From the IMG/VR virus record IMGVR_UViG_2974557979_000001: 46,702 bases of DNA; one strand, written 5' to 3'. The first letter of the stretch is position 1. The number at the start of each line of letters is the position of its first letter. The notes beneath the pieces are model-generated. The model was given only the letters and a program-made list of their open reading frames with translations, had not been told where the DNA came from and searched no databases. Made by a program: the position numbers and the translations under genes. The DNA is from a virus. Lineage: Duplodnaviria; Heunggongvirae; Uroviricota; Caudoviricetes; Straboviridae. Shown piece by piece: positions 26,610 to 36,185 of this stretch.

Positions 26610-27608
26610 TTACGCCTCCCAGACCATAGAAAGCATCAGGTTCATCAACAGATATTGCAGATGAATTTCTTTATTCATCGCCAGCCCGTATTGCGCGTTG
26701 TTTTCGCCTACAATCTGGATCAGTGCGATTTTCGAATCCTGATTCACGATAGGGTAAATCGTATCAGTCAATTTTCCGATAAAGGTATCGTATTCTGACG
26801 CATATTTAATAACCTCAGAGCGCAACCCTTTATAGTTCTTTTCTTTCAACAGGGTAATGATATGAGACACATCAGAACCAACTATCTCATTTAGGATCCC
26901 CGCATCAATTTCACCACGTTTCGAGTAGAACCCGATCGCTTTGATAATAGAACGCGCATCCGGATAATGCTCTTTAACAAACGCTGCAATGACTTTAGGA
27001 TCATACTTGATATTCTCGATTTCAAGGATACCGAAACAACGCTTGATTAACTGTTTCATCAGTTCGATACGTTCAGCATCAGACGGAACACCGAATTTAA
27101 CAGGAGGACAACGAGAAAGCAGAGCACTATGCACACCGTTAATGTTGTTCGCTGTTACAATGACAGAAACGTTTTTACTGTATGCTTCGATAAAGCTACG
27201 TAAGTGTTTCTGTGCTTCCGCCATACCAGAACGATCGAATTCATCAATGATGATAATCTTTCCGCCTGGTTTTTGCGTCATTGATGAAGCAAAACGATCC
27301 AATTCATTACGAATGAAGTTTACACCACAGTTCGAACCGTTGACAAAGAACACCTCAGCATCAACCTCACGGGCCAACACAAGCGCTAGGGTCGTTTTAC
27401 CAGTACCAGGGGAATCAGATACAAGGGTCATATTCTCAACGCGCCCAGATTTGATTATGCCCCGCATAGCGGCTTTGTCACCAGAAGGTAAAATACACTC
27501 TTCAATTGTTGTTGGGCGATAGCGCTGATCCCATGCAAATTCATCAGGAGATCGAGAAATTTTACCGTATTTGGTTTCGATGATTTCAATATTTTCACTA
27601 AGTTCCAT
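26610..27608 (-). CDS. 44: clamp loader AAA+ subunit gp44
   Basis: YRPTTIEECILP, SPGTGKTT, IIDEFD, SRC motif. Confidence 0.96.
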   Translation of the reverse strand: MELSENIEIIETKYGKISRSPDEFAWDQRYRPTTIEECILPSGDKAAMRGIIKSGRVENMTLVSDSPGTGKTTLALVLAREVDAEVFFVNGSNCGVNFIRNELDRFASSMTQKPGGKIIIIDEFDRSGMAEAQKHLRSFIEAYSKNVSVIVTANNINGVHSALLSRCPPVKFGVPSDAERIELMKQLIKRCFGILEIENIKYDPKVIAAFVKEHYPDARSIIKAIGFYSKRGEIDAGILNEIVGSDVSHIITLLKEKNYKGLRSEVIKYASEYDTFIGKLTDTIYPIVNQDSKIALIQIVGENNAQYGLAMNKEIHLQYLLMNLMLSMVWEA

Positions 27609-27633
27609 AATATACCTTCAAAATAAATGGTGT

Positions 27634-27657
27634 AAAAGAAAGGGGCCGTAGCCCCTT
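27634..27657 (-). terminator. intrinsic terminator after gene 45
   Basis: AAGGGGC-TACG-GCCCCTT followed by TCTTTT. Confidence 0.7.
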
Positions 27658-27666
27658 AAAACTATC

Positions 27667-28332
27667 TTACTTGAATGTGCTACTTGCTTCAAGTACTACG
27701 ACGTAAGCAACGCCGTTATCAGAAGAGAATTTTGCGGCCCCTTTGGAGGAAATCTCTACTTTGTAATCGCTGTTGATGAACTGCATGTTATCAATCTTCA
27801 TATCAAAATTGAAAACATTGTCGCCTTCATACTCACCGACTTCAACAGAGAAAGTTGATTGACTTTCTTTGCTTTTCGCGGTGATGACCAGTTTACCATC
27901 AATCGGTTCAACGGACAGGTCGGTCAGTTTCATCATGCGAGACGCTTTGATCAGTTTTTCGAAATCGTTAGCCGTAATCTGGAAAATCAGATCTGCTACT
28001 GGCATAACCAGACGTTTTTTCGGTTTCGGGATCGTGGTTGCGTCTGCTGAACGTTCGATGATCTTCATCTTGTCACCGCGAATCACGATTTCACCAGTGG
28101 AAATATCGTGAGTGATTTCCGCGTCAGTGCCGACGATGTTCAGCATGTTCAGGAATGAGTTGAGATCGTAGATACCAACATCTTCATCAATCACATCAGC
28201 AATTTCAGCTTCTGCGTATACAACGCTGTTGATTGATTTCGTCATGATGAATGAACCTTTGGTCAGCATGATCGAAGAGTTGATTTGAGAAAAGTTTTTC
28301 AGGATATCAATAGTTTGTTTAGAGAATTTCAT
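27667..28332 (-). CDS. 45: sliding clamp gp45
   Basis: MKFSKQTIDILKNFSQINSSI...YAEAEIAD...IYDLNSFL; 221 aa; synteny. Confidence 0.95.
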   Translation of the reverse strand: MKFSKQTIDILKNFSQINSSIMLTKGSFIMTKSINSVVYAEAEIADVIDEDVGIYDLNSFLNMLNIVGTDAEITHDISTGEIVIRGDKMKIIERSADATTIPKPKKRLVMPVADLIFQITANDFEKLIKASRMMKLTDLSVEPIDGKLVITAKSKESQSTFSVEVGEYEGDNVFNFDMKIDNMQFINSDYKVEISSKGAAKFSSDNGVAYVVVLEASSTFK

Positions 28333-28358
28333 ATTCAGCCTTTAGTTTTCAATAAGTG

Positions 28359-28628
28359 TTACTTAATAAGTGATTTTACAACGGTTTCCGCTGCTGTGTC
28401 AAGCATATCAGCCATTTCTTTAACGGTTGTACGCTTAGGATCTTCGCGGCGTTCGCTGGTAAGTTTACGATGTTCCGCAACCACTTTTTCATCAATGTCA
28501 CGATAATGTTTAAAACGTTCCTCTTGAGGCATAGCTTTAAACAGTTCTTTTGTTTCGTCCGAGAGTTTAGCAACCCAGGATTTACGGACGCGGTTCATGT
28601 AGTCAACAAAAACATTACTTTCATTCAT
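28359..28628 (-). CDS. rpbA: RNA polymerase-binding protein RpbA
   Basis: NRVRKSWVAKLSD...HYRDIDEKV resembles recalled T4 RpbA (NKIRRAWVLSLSD...YYEAIDREV); directly upstream of 45. Confidence 0.75.
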   Translation of the reverse strand: MNESNVFVDYMNRVRKSWVAKLSDETKELFKAMPQEERFKHYRDIDEKVVAEHRKLTSERREDPKRTTVKEMADMLDTAAETVVKSLIK

Positions 28629-28683
28629 ATATTTCTTCTCTAACTTAGAATTCTTTGAGTGGGGGCCGAAGCCCCCGCTTGTA

Positions 28684-29655
28684 TTACATGTCTAACAGTT
28701 TATCCAGGTCGTCATCACCGGAGGTATCAGAATCATCCAGGTCGAACGGTACGCCGTCATCTTCGCCTACCGGAACCGATGCAACACCACCAGATGATTT
28801 CACATCAGATGTCTGATTGTCAAACTTAGCCATTTCGTTATCGAAGTTGCTCAGTTCGCTATCAAGGTCAGCGGAAGCGCTGGAACCAGCAGAACCGATC
28901 GAACTACCCATAACTTTATTGAAGCGAGTGGTCAGGTCAGCCAGCGGTTTAAATTCGCTTTCAGCGGTAATCGGGCGGAGATCGCTCATACCTTCGAAAA
29001 TTGCTTTCTGAACTTCTTCATCGTCGATGTTTTTGATCTTAGCCGGAACACCAAACGAACTATCGTCATAGTTAGGCCAATCACCAACTTTTTTCGCTTT
29101 CAGGGTGAAGTTAGCACCATCAAACGGACAGGTTACAGCAATACCCGGTTCATCAAGTTCTGGATTACCGTTAATTGCGGCGGTGATCTTGTCCATGATT
29201 TTCTTACCGAAGCGGTATTTGAACACCTTACCTTCGTTTTCTGGAGCGCCTGGGTCTTTAACGATCAGGACGTTAGCCCAGAAACTTTGTTTACGACCGA
29301 TCTGGCTCAGTAGCTTATCTTCTGGCCCGTTTTTGTTGGCTTTAGCCTTCTCATACAGATCGTTTTCGGAAATGTACTTACATGCAGGACAGCCGTCATA
29401 ATCGCCGTGGGTAGAGGAACAGTTCTCAATGTACCACTGGTTGTTTTTCTTGAAAGAGTGGCTCACGATACGGACGAACGCCAGTTCATCATCGGAACGT
29501 GCTGGGAGGAATCGAATAACGGCGGAACCGTTTTTCTGTGCGTCCAGGGTCAGTTTCCATTCTTTCTCATCTTTCTGGAAGCCGGAACCACCTTTCAGAT
29601 TTGCTACCTGTGCCTGGAGTTTAGCGGGATCTTGACGTTTAAAAATGCTGCTCAT
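28684..29655 (-). CDS. 32: single-stranded DNA binding protein gp32
   Basis: IFKRQDP N-terminus; WKL...AVIRFLP; H/C zinc site (ENCSSTHGDYDGCPAC); acidic tail. Confidence 0.96.
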   Translation of the reverse strand: MSSIFKRQDPAKLQAQVANLKGGSGFQKDEKEWKLTLDAQKNGSAVIRFLPARSDDELAFVRIVSHSFKKNNQWYIENCSSTHGDYDGCPACKYISENDLYEKAKANKNGPEDKLLSQIGRKQSFWANVLIVKDPGAPENEGKVFKYRFGKKIMDKITAAINGNPELDEPGIAVTCPFDGANFTLKAKKVGDWPNYDDSSFGVPAKIKNIDDEEVQKAIFEGMSDLRPITAESEFKPLADLTTRFNKVMGSSIGSAGSSASADLDSELSNFDNEMAKFDNQTSDVKSSGGVASVPVGEDDGVPFDLDDSDTSGDDDLDKLLDM

Positions 29656-29670
29656 ATTCTGTTTTCTCGT

Positions 29671-30330
29671 TTAGTTTAGTTTGATTAACGTTTGTTTCAT
29701 TAAGTTTCGATATTTTATGATATCTTTTTCAGTAAGGTCAAATATTTTTCTGTATGCCTTTAACTTAATGCTAAAGTCAGACCAAATAATATCATCAGCT
29801 ACTTGATCGTGTTTATTTATGATACCTAAAAATGAGTCAAAAATCAAAAACGATTCGTAAGATATCACATTTGACAGGACAAGTTTGCTTATGTAGGACG
29901 TTGATGATTTTTCGCTGTACTTAAACACCAGAGACACGGGGATCTCTTTCATTTTGGCGAATTCGTACACGTTTTTAACGTCATCCACAAACACGTTATC
30001 TAGTCTTTGTAACTTTCCTATGTACTGCCTGTAAAAGACAATACTATCTTCATCAACATCGCCTACCCAGAAATCAGGATTGGCTACGAAGTTGGAGAGG
30101 AATATAAAATAGATTTCTTTGAATGTAAAGCGTTGAGCTAATTTTACAAAGAAATATCTATCCTTTCGCTTGTTAAAGGCGTTTTCACTAACTTTGATCT
30201 GCCAGTTGTATTGAAGGACATCAAAACGCCCCTGGAAATGAGTTTTCATCGCCAGATATAACTTGTATACAGACAAAGGCACAAGCCGTGAATTCGCCTC
30301 GCTATCAGCAAACGGAGCTTTGAATCTCAC
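29671..30330 (-). CDS. 59: helicase loader gp59
   Basis: SVYKLYLAMKTHFQGRFDVLQYNW...RKDRYFFVKL; 219 aa; between 33 and 32. Confidence 0.93.
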   Translation of the reverse strand: MRFKAPFADSEANSRLVPLSVYKLYLAMKTHFQGRFDVLQYNWQIKVSENAFNKRKDRYFFVKLAQRFTFKEIYFIFLSNFVANPDFWVGDVDEDSIVFYRQYIGKLQRLDNVFVDDVKNVYEFAKMKEIPVSLVFKYSEKSSTSYISKLVLSNVISYESFLIFDSFLGIINKHDQVADDIIWSDFSIKLKAYRKIFDLTEKDIIKYRNLMKQTLIKLN

Positions 30331-30572
30331 ATGAAGCCGTCCAGAGTGGTTGATGAACTATGTTCAAGCGCAACCGATGGGCGAAGCATGTTTCCTTTGA
30401 TCGCTTCGTCGCTAATCTTATCAAGGATCGCGCGAGGAACCGTTTTATTCAGCATCGCATAATCAATAGAATTTTCATCCATCCATTGTAGCGTTGCTTC
30501 CATGTAGGTTGCCCCCTCAGAGGCAACCAGATTTTCGATATACAAACCGACTTCGGTCTTATTTCCGATCAT
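30327..30572 (-). CDS. 33: late transcription co-activator gp33
   Basis: IENLV..EGATYMEATLQWMDENSID...LRPS; clamp-binding-like C-terminus TLDGFM. Confidence 0.9.
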   Translation of the reverse strand: MIGNKTEVGLYIENLVASEGATYMEATLQWMDENSIDYAMLNKTVPRAILDKISDEAIKGNMLRPSVALEHSSSTTLDGFM

Positions 30573-30575
30573 GCT

Positions 30576-30839
30576 TTACGCCTTATCGATCATATCATAC
30601 AGTTCGATCAGTTCGTTGTTTTCTTCTTCGAAAGCGGTACGGGCCTGTTCGTGATACAGTTTGAACAGTTTCCCGAAGGTTTTTCCATCGATACCGAAAT
30701 CAGTTTTTGCTTTGGATTTGATATCCTTGAACGTACCGTTGAAGATCTCAACTTGAGTTTTCACGTTGGATGCTTCTTTGATCAGTTCTTTTACCTGTTT
30801 TGCTACATCAGGGTTTGTTTGTAAAAATTCTACACTCAT
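30576..30839 (-). CDS. dsbA: dsDNA binding protein DsbA
   Basis: LIKEASNVK...AKTDFGIDGKTFGKLFKLYH; between rnh and 33. Confidence 0.9.
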   Translation of the reverse strand: MSVEFLQTNPDVAKQVKELIKEASNVKTQVEIFNGTFKDIKSKAKTDFGIDGKTFGKLFKLYHEQARTAFEEENNELIELYDMIDKA

Positions 30840-30848
30840 TTTGTTACC

Positions 30849-31784
30849 TCAAAAATCACTCAGTTTTTCGAACATACGGGAAAGTTTGTTATCCATGAAG
30901 TAACGTTCCATTTTGGCTTTACTTCCGGATTTTGGAGTATTATACGCTTCAATAATCGAATTTTCAATATCTTTTGGTATAAATTCGAAATCGCGTAGTT
31001 CCTCATTTTCTTTGTAACGTGCGGCCCATTCAGGGGTCATCAATGTTGTCGGATCGTCTGCCTCCAGCCATGCCTCTAACTCAGAGGATTTTACCGCTGG
31101 GGCGCGTTCACCTTCAACCTTCGTCACAATATAATCATTTCTAATTTTAATGCAAGCGATACTATCTTTTTTATCGCCTTTGATATTTTTGTATCGCAGA
31201 TCGTTACGTGGCGAACCGTACTTAGGCGTTACCCATTTTTTCTGGGGAGGCGACCATTGACGAACACCGTTATATTTCTGTAGTTGTGTAAAGTCGCTAT
31301 CAGCAGAAACCACTAATACTCGTCTACCTTCACCAACAGCTTTTTTCGTAACAACAGCAATTATATCATCAGCTTCCGCGAATTCAACCTTTAATCCGAG
31401 ATAAGGCATATTCTGACGGATTTCTTCGAACACAGGATTAAGGAAGTTGTTCAGACGATCCCAATCCCATTCTGATTCTTCGTGTTCGATCTGACGACGT
31501 TTTTTGTAGTACCAGGCTTTTTGCCTACGCCAGTAATTTCTGTCATCGAAGGCAATCACGATTTCTGGATACTCACCTTTAAATTTTACAACGTTAAACC
31601 GTAAAGTGTCAAGCACCAGATGACGAATCATTTCGATCGTGATGGATGCTTGTTCCTTTGGTTTGAAGTTGTTCATCAGTGTAGCGATGGAAATGTTAGA
31701 GATATCGATGACCATAGTATCATCGGGTTCCCCTTCATCTTGCATCAGCTTGTTCAAGTTAAACATGCTTGCAAAACTGCTCAT
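30849..31784 (-). CDS. rnh: RNase H / 5'-3' exonuclease (FEN1 family)
   Basis: IDISNI, WRRQKAWYYKKRR, EADDII, SADSDFTQL, KGDKKD. Confidence 0.95.
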   Translation of the reverse strand: MSSFASMFNLNKLMQDEGEPDDTMVIDISNISIATLMNNFKPKEQASITIEMIRHLVLDTLRFNVVKFKGEYPEIVIAFDDRNYWRRQKAWYYKKRRQIEHEESEWDWDRLNNFLNPVFEEIRQNMPYLGLKVEFAEADDIIAVVTKKAVGEGRRVLVVSADSDFTQLQKYNGVRQWSPPQKKWVTPKYGSPRNDLRYKNIKGDKKDSIACIKIRNDYIVTKVEGERAPAVKSSELEAWLEADDPTTLMTPEWAARYKENEELRDFEFIPKDIENSIIEAYNTPKSGSKAKMERYFMDNKLSRMFEKLSDF

Positions 31785-31814
31785 ACATACCTCAATTTTT
31801 CAAAGAACGGGGTT

Positions 31815-31842
31815 ATTGTAGTAACTTACGAAATGAAGTCAA
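31815..31842 (-). promoter_or_regulatory. leftward promoter of the rnh-32 block, 16-bp spacer
   Basis: TTGACT(31842-31837)-16 bp-TACAAT(31820-31815). Confidence 0.7.
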
Positions 31843-31860
31843 TACAAAAGACCATAAAAA

Positions 31861-32010
31861 TTTTGATCAATAATACTTGATCTGATCAAATTTATGATCT
31901 ATAATTTATTAATTAATAATTATTTTACTACAATGATCATTGTAGGTCAAGTACTAAAATCAATAAATTTTATATAATTTAGATCTGATCTATAGATCAT
32001 TAGATCTACT
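31861..32010. other. AT-rich, GATC-dense palindromic element (candidate replication origin or methylation-sensitive control region)
   Basis: Nine GATC sites in 31865-32006; about 81% AT over 31861-32040; a 28-bp pure A/T run; several perfect palindromes; non-coding between divergent promoters. Confidence 0.55.
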
Positions 32011-32037
32011 TTAACCTTAAATAATATAGAATGAAAT

Positions 32038-32065
32038 TTGATTTTGTCTACAGTTATTATATAAT
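32038..32065 (+). promoter_or_regulatory. rightward promoter for gene 55, 16-bp spacer
   Basis: TTGATT(32038-32043)-16 bp-TATAAT(32060-32065), followed by a GAGG RBS. Confidence 0.7.
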
Positions 32066-32088
32066 ATTCTTAACTTCAAAGAGGAAAT

Positions 32089-32616
32089 ATGAATACTATG
32101 ACTAAAGAAACAACCAATATCTACGCAGACAATGAAAAATTATACCCTATCCTCTGTGCATGGAAAAAGCAAATCGCCGAAACAGGTGATCGCAAAATGC
32201 CTAATGAGTTGGGGGCTGCTATTATGGATATTGCAAACGGGCTATCACGTCGTTACAACTTCAACCGTTATTCCGAAGATTGGAAAATGGATATGATCGA
32301 TGACGGAATTTCCGCTGCAATCTCAGGACTGCATAACTTCGATGAAACTCGTTATACCAACGTTTACGGTTACATTAACAAAGCATGTTGGCAAGCATTC
32401 GTAACACGTATTCTGTACGAGAAAAAAGAGAACGCGAAGAAATATAAATTCTTCCTTGAGCACGTTTACGACTGCGAAGATTCAGATATGGTTAGTATTG
32501 CAGACGAAGGTTTCATTCAAGATCTACATGACAAACTATCTCAGTACGAGGCTTCCGCCACCAAAACCAAAGACAAGGAAGCGGAAGTATTCCCAACATT
32601 GGAAGATTTTCTATGA
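32089..32616 (+). CDS. 55: late sigma factor gp55
   Basis: YADNEKLY...LGAAIMDIANGLSRRYNFNRYSEDWKMDMIDDG...NFDE; C-terminal TLEDFL. Confidence 0.94.
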   Translation: MNTMTKETTNIYADNEKLYPILCAWKKQIAETGDRKMPNELGAAIMDIANGLSRRYNFNRYSEDWKMDMIDDGISAAISGLHNFDETRYTNVYGYINKACWQAFVTRILYEKKENAKKYKFFLEHVYDCEDSDMVSIADEGFIQDLHDKLSQYEASATKTKDKEAEVFPTLEDFL

Positions 32617-32828
32617 AAGCAATAATTGACTTAAACAAAATATTAACTGATATCGATTACGAAATTGACTTGCTACCCTACTTCGTAAAATTAGAGTTGC
32701 AAAACGTGGGAATCCCGGTTATCATCGATCCAACTGACGTAAGAAACCCCGATTTCGAAGTAGAAGAAGGGGTTTTGTCTTATATGATAAACGCCGAAAC
32801 TATGATCATGGAGATCACTTATGATTGA
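32613..32828 (+). CDS. conserved protein (a-gt.5-like)
   Basis: DLLPYFVKLEL..VGIPVIIDP; position after 55. Confidence 0.7.
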   Translation: MKAIIDLNKILTDIDYEIDLLPYFVKLELQNVGIPVIIDPTDVRNPDFEVEEGVLSYMINAETMIMEITYD

Positions 32829-33147
32829 TGAAGAGAAAGAAGTACTAACCAGTGTGGAAGAAGTGGATCCAGAAGAGGAAATTCAACAAAAGATCCAGGC
32901 ACGTGTAGAAGCCGACGCATTGAAGCGAGCACAAAAATTCATTAAGAAGAACCGGACTGAGATCAAACGCCTCCGTAGACACGCAGAGGAAGCCCTATTC
33001 AGGGGTAATAAGGTTCAGTATGTGTATGCGGTTAAGAAACTTCGTGATATGCTCAAACAGCCGTATACAGAGGATTTCATTGATACGATGTGGAACACTT
33101 CACTAGCATCAATTCGAAATATCGTAGCTTCACAACAGAAGCACTAA
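32821..33147 (+). CDS. conserved protein (a-gt.4-like)
   Basis: KKNRTEIKRLRRHAE...YAVKKLRDMLKQP; position between 55 and 47. Confidence 0.75.
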   Translation: MIDEEKEVLTSVEEVDPEEEIQQKIQARVEADALKRAQKFIKKNRTEIKRLRRHAEEALFRGNKVQYVYAVKKLRDMLKQPYTEDFIDTMWNTSLASIRNIVASQQKH

Positions 33148-33183
33148 CAAACAAGTAGCCCCGAAAGGGGCTATGAGGGTCTT

Positions 33184-34230
33184 ATGAGAAAGTACTTAAT
33201 GATCGGGGATACTCACGCTGGCTTGCGTCAGGACAACCCCTGGAATGAAGAAAACCTATACAATGTATTCGTACAAATCGTAGAACACTGCAAAGCAAAC
33301 GGCATTACCGAGGCTTTCCATGCTGGTGATTTCTTTGATGTGCGCAAGGCCACCACACAAACCACGATGAAATTCATTCGTGAACGTATTGTGCCACTAC
33401 TGGAAGAAGCCGGATTACATATCTATGTTCTGGTTGGGAACCACGATTGCCAGTTTAAAGACAAGATCCGCCCTAACTCACCGCGAGAGATTCTTGATCA
33501 GTATGATTGCTTTACTGTTGTTGATGAACCGATGACAGTAAATCTTGATACTTCTCCGCTACAATCAATCGATTTGATCCCGTGGATTTGTCAAGAAAAC
33601 ACCCAGCAGATTTTTGATTTCATCAAAAAGTCAAAATCTCAATACTGCTTAGGACACTTTGAACTGTCCGGATACTATTTCTATAAGAACAGTAAAGCGG
33701 ATCATGGTCTTGAACCTGATTTCTTAAAGAAATATGAAATCGTGTATTCAGGCCACTATCATCACGCTAACGAAGGCGCTAACGTTTTCTATATCGGTAC
33801 ACCGCTTACCATGAGCGCTAACGATGAGGACGAAACCAGGGGCTTCTATGAGCTATCTTATGGCGACGGTAAACGTGAATTAACTTTCATTGCTAACCCA
33901 GTATGCCACCATCGCCGGATAACCTATCCGGATCAAAAAGATGTTGATGTTGCTGATTACAAAAATTGCTCTGTTCGTTTGATTGTACGCGAAGTTGATA
34001 ACGATTTGCCTAAGTTTCAAACAAAACTGGAAGAAACAGTTTATGAGATGAACATTGTCGATCGTGTGATCACTGATTCAGAAGTTGATACTGACTTTGA
34101 AATCAAAAGCGTATCTGGATTGATTAGTGAGTACATCAACAACATGCAGATCACTCCAGAAGAAAAGACCGAAGTATCTGCAATAATGAGTGCATTGTAT
34201 GCAGAGGTTACGAGTAATGGAAATAGTTGA
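33184..34230 (+). CDS. 47: Mre11/SbcD-like recombination nuclease gp47
   Basis: GDTH, GDFFD, GNHD and SGHYH phosphoesterase motifs. Confidence 0.95.
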   Translation: MRKYLMIGDTHAGLRQDNPWNEENLYNVFVQIVEHCKANGITEAFHAGDFFDVRKATTQTTMKFIRERIVPLLEEAGLHIYVLVGNHDCQFKDKIRPNSPREILDQYDCFTVVDEPMTVNLDTSPLQSIDLIPWICQENTQQIFDFIKKSKSQYCLGHFELSGYYFYKNSKADHGLEPDFLKKYEIVYSGHYHHANEGANVFYIGTPLTMSANDEDETRGFYELSYGDGKRELTFIANPVCHHRRITYPDQKDVDVADYKNCSVRLIVREVDNDLPKFQTKLEETVYEMNIVDRVITDSEVDTDFEIKSVSGLISEYINNMQITPEEKTEVSAIMSALYAEVTSNGNS

Positions 34231-34504
34231 TTACGTTAATATTTTAAACGAAGAAGGGCGATATAAAGCCCTTTATAAAATGTTTGGATTTGATGTGATT
34301 GTTGCAGTACAGCAGGATTCCTATAATGAGTATGTGTCATTGGGGTTCACTCTGATTAAAGACAACTATCACGAAACAAAGGTTTGGACATTTACTGTCC
34401 TGAATAGCATGGATGAAGATTCCGTGATATACTGCTTTGATAGCACGATTACAAACATGATTAGTGATATATCCCAAAGGATAATTGATGAAACTCAAAT
34501 TTAA
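34217..34504 (+). CDS. hypothetical protein between 47 and 46
   Basis: Start reassigned to ATG 34217 behind GAGG; 95 aa. Confidence 0.65.
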   Translation: MEIVDYVNILNEEGRYKALYKMFGFDVIVAVQQDSYNEYVSLGFTLIKDNYHETKVWTFTVLNSMDEDSVIYCFDSTITNMISDISQRIIDETQI

Positions 34505-36185
34505 AACATTGACTTATCAAAATATCTTGTCGGTTGGTAACGTACCGATCGTCATTGATTTTGATTCAGCAAAGAAAACCCTCATTACGGGTAAAAACGG
34601 CGGTGGTAAATCCACCATGATCGAAGCGCTTACATATGCTCTCTTTGGTAAGTCATTTCGCGATCTGAAAGTCGGGCAACTGGTGAACAGTATCAACAAG
34701 AAAAAATGTCTGGTTGAACTGTTGATCGAATACGGCAATGATGAATATAAAATCATCCGTGGACAAAAGCCGAAAGTATTTGAGATCTGGAAGAATGGCG
34801 AAAAACTGCCGGAAGATTCAGCCGCTGGTGATTATCAGTCACAGCTTGAATCAATGTTGAATATTAACCTGGTGGGCTTTAAACAGGTTATCGTTCTGGG
34901 TACTGCTGGTTATGTACCTTTCATGGAACTAAAAACACCAGATCGCCGTAAACTGGTTGAAGATTTGTTGTCTTTGTCTATCATCAGTGAAATGGACAAA
35001 CTGAACAAATCATACATCCGTGGTGTTAACCGTGAACTGGATACGCTTTCAATGCAGATTGGACACGTACAACAGCAGATCGCAACACATCAAAAGTTCA
35101 TTGACGAACAACGGGCAAAAGCAAATCAGAATACGGCGCGTTACCAGGATATCTACGATTCCCATGTAGAAACAGCAAAACAAATCAAAGCACAATTGGT
35201 CGAACTGCAAAGCCAGATCGCAGAATGTGTGATCAATGGTGAAGACCAAACAGCAAATATTCAAAAATTGCGTGATGGTTATACGCGGCTCTCAATGAAC
35301 GTAGAACAGTTGCAACGTCTTGAGGTGATGTATCGCAAGGGTGGCGAATGTCCGGCCTGTAAACAGCCAATTAGCCCCACTCCTGAACGCATGGAAGAAA
35401 TTGCCGAGAACATTAAAAATGGTACTCAGAAACTTACGCTGATTAAGAACAAGCAAGATCAGCTACAGAAAATCATGGATGATTTACTAACACAACAACG
35501 TACACTAAATGGGCTGAAATCCAAATACGAATCACTACGCGGTACACTTCAAAATGAAGTTGCAGCGGCTAAACGTGTTCGGGCTATCATGGATAAAGCA
35601 CAGGAAGACGTGGTGATCGACGAATCCCCAGTTGAAAAACTCCGTGAAGATGAAAAGGAACTTGATTCTAAACGTTCTGGATTTGTCAAGGAAAAATATT
35701 TTAGAGGTATTGTTACGGATCTGCTGAAAGATTCCGGCGTTAAAGCGAGCATCGTTAAACGTTATATTCCTTACTTCAATAAACAGATTGCGTACTATCT
35801 GGATCTGTTGGGTGCTGATTATCAGTTCACTCTGGATGACGAATTTAACGAATCGATTAAATCGCTGGGTCGTAATGATTTTAGTTACGCATCGTTCAGT
35901 CAAGGCGAAAGAGCACGTATTAACCTTGCGTTGCTTATGACGTGGCGTGATGTAACCAGTAAAATTTCTGGTGTTGATTTATCTCTCCTGATTCTTGATG
36001 AAATTTTTGATGGTGCAATGGATCGTGAAGGTGGGTTTGCTGTGAGAAAATTACTTGATGATATTGAAGGTAATGTTATAGTTATCAGTCATCAAGAACT
36101 GGATCCGCAAGATTTCAACAGGCATATTACTATGGCTAAAGTTGGTCGATTTACTAAATGTACGATTGTAAACAATGATTACTAA
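34485..36185 (+). CDS. 46: Rad50/SbcC-like recombination ATPase gp46
   Basis: GKNGGGKST Walker A, coiled coil with CPAC hook, FSQGE signature, LILDEIFD, ISH. Confidence 0.96.
   Translation: MMKLKFKTLTYQNILSVGNVPIVIDFDSAKKTLITGKNGGGKSTMIEALTYALFGKSFRDLKVGQLVNSINKKKCLVELLIEYGNDEYKIIRGQKPKVFEIWKNGEKLPEDSAAGDYQSQLESMLNINLVGFKQVIVLGTAGYVPFMELKTPDRRKLVEDLLSLSIISEMDKLNKSYIRGVNRELDTLSMQIGHVQQQIATHQKFIDEQRAKANQNTARYQDIYDSHVETAKQIKAQLVELQSQIAECVINGEDQTANIQKLRDGYTRLSMNVEQLQRLEVMYRKGGECPACKQPISPTPERMEEIAENIKNGTQKLTLIKNKQDQLQKIMDDLLTQQRTLNGLKSKYESLRGTLQNEVAAAKRVRAIMDKAQEDVVIDESPVEKLREDEKELDSKRSGFVKEKYFRGIVTDLLKDSGVKASIVKRYIPYFNKQIAYYLDLLGADYQFTLDDEFNESIKSLGRNDFSYASFSQGERARINLALLMTWRDVTSKISGVDLSLLILDEIFDGAMDREGGFAVRKLLDDIEGNVIVISHQELDPQDFNRHITMAKVGRFTKCTIVNNDY

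Noticed and set aside
27609-27636. TTTACA-16-TATATT promoter-like match before gene 44
   Set aside because: The -10 abuts the ATG, so the transcript would start inside the ORF; the sequence is better explained as the GAAGG RBS and its spacer.
29656-29710. Gene 32 autoregulatory pseudoknot
   Set aside because: The leader is A-rich and unstructured (AAACTAAACTAAAC), consistent with gp32 autoregulation, but no pseudoknot could be drawn.
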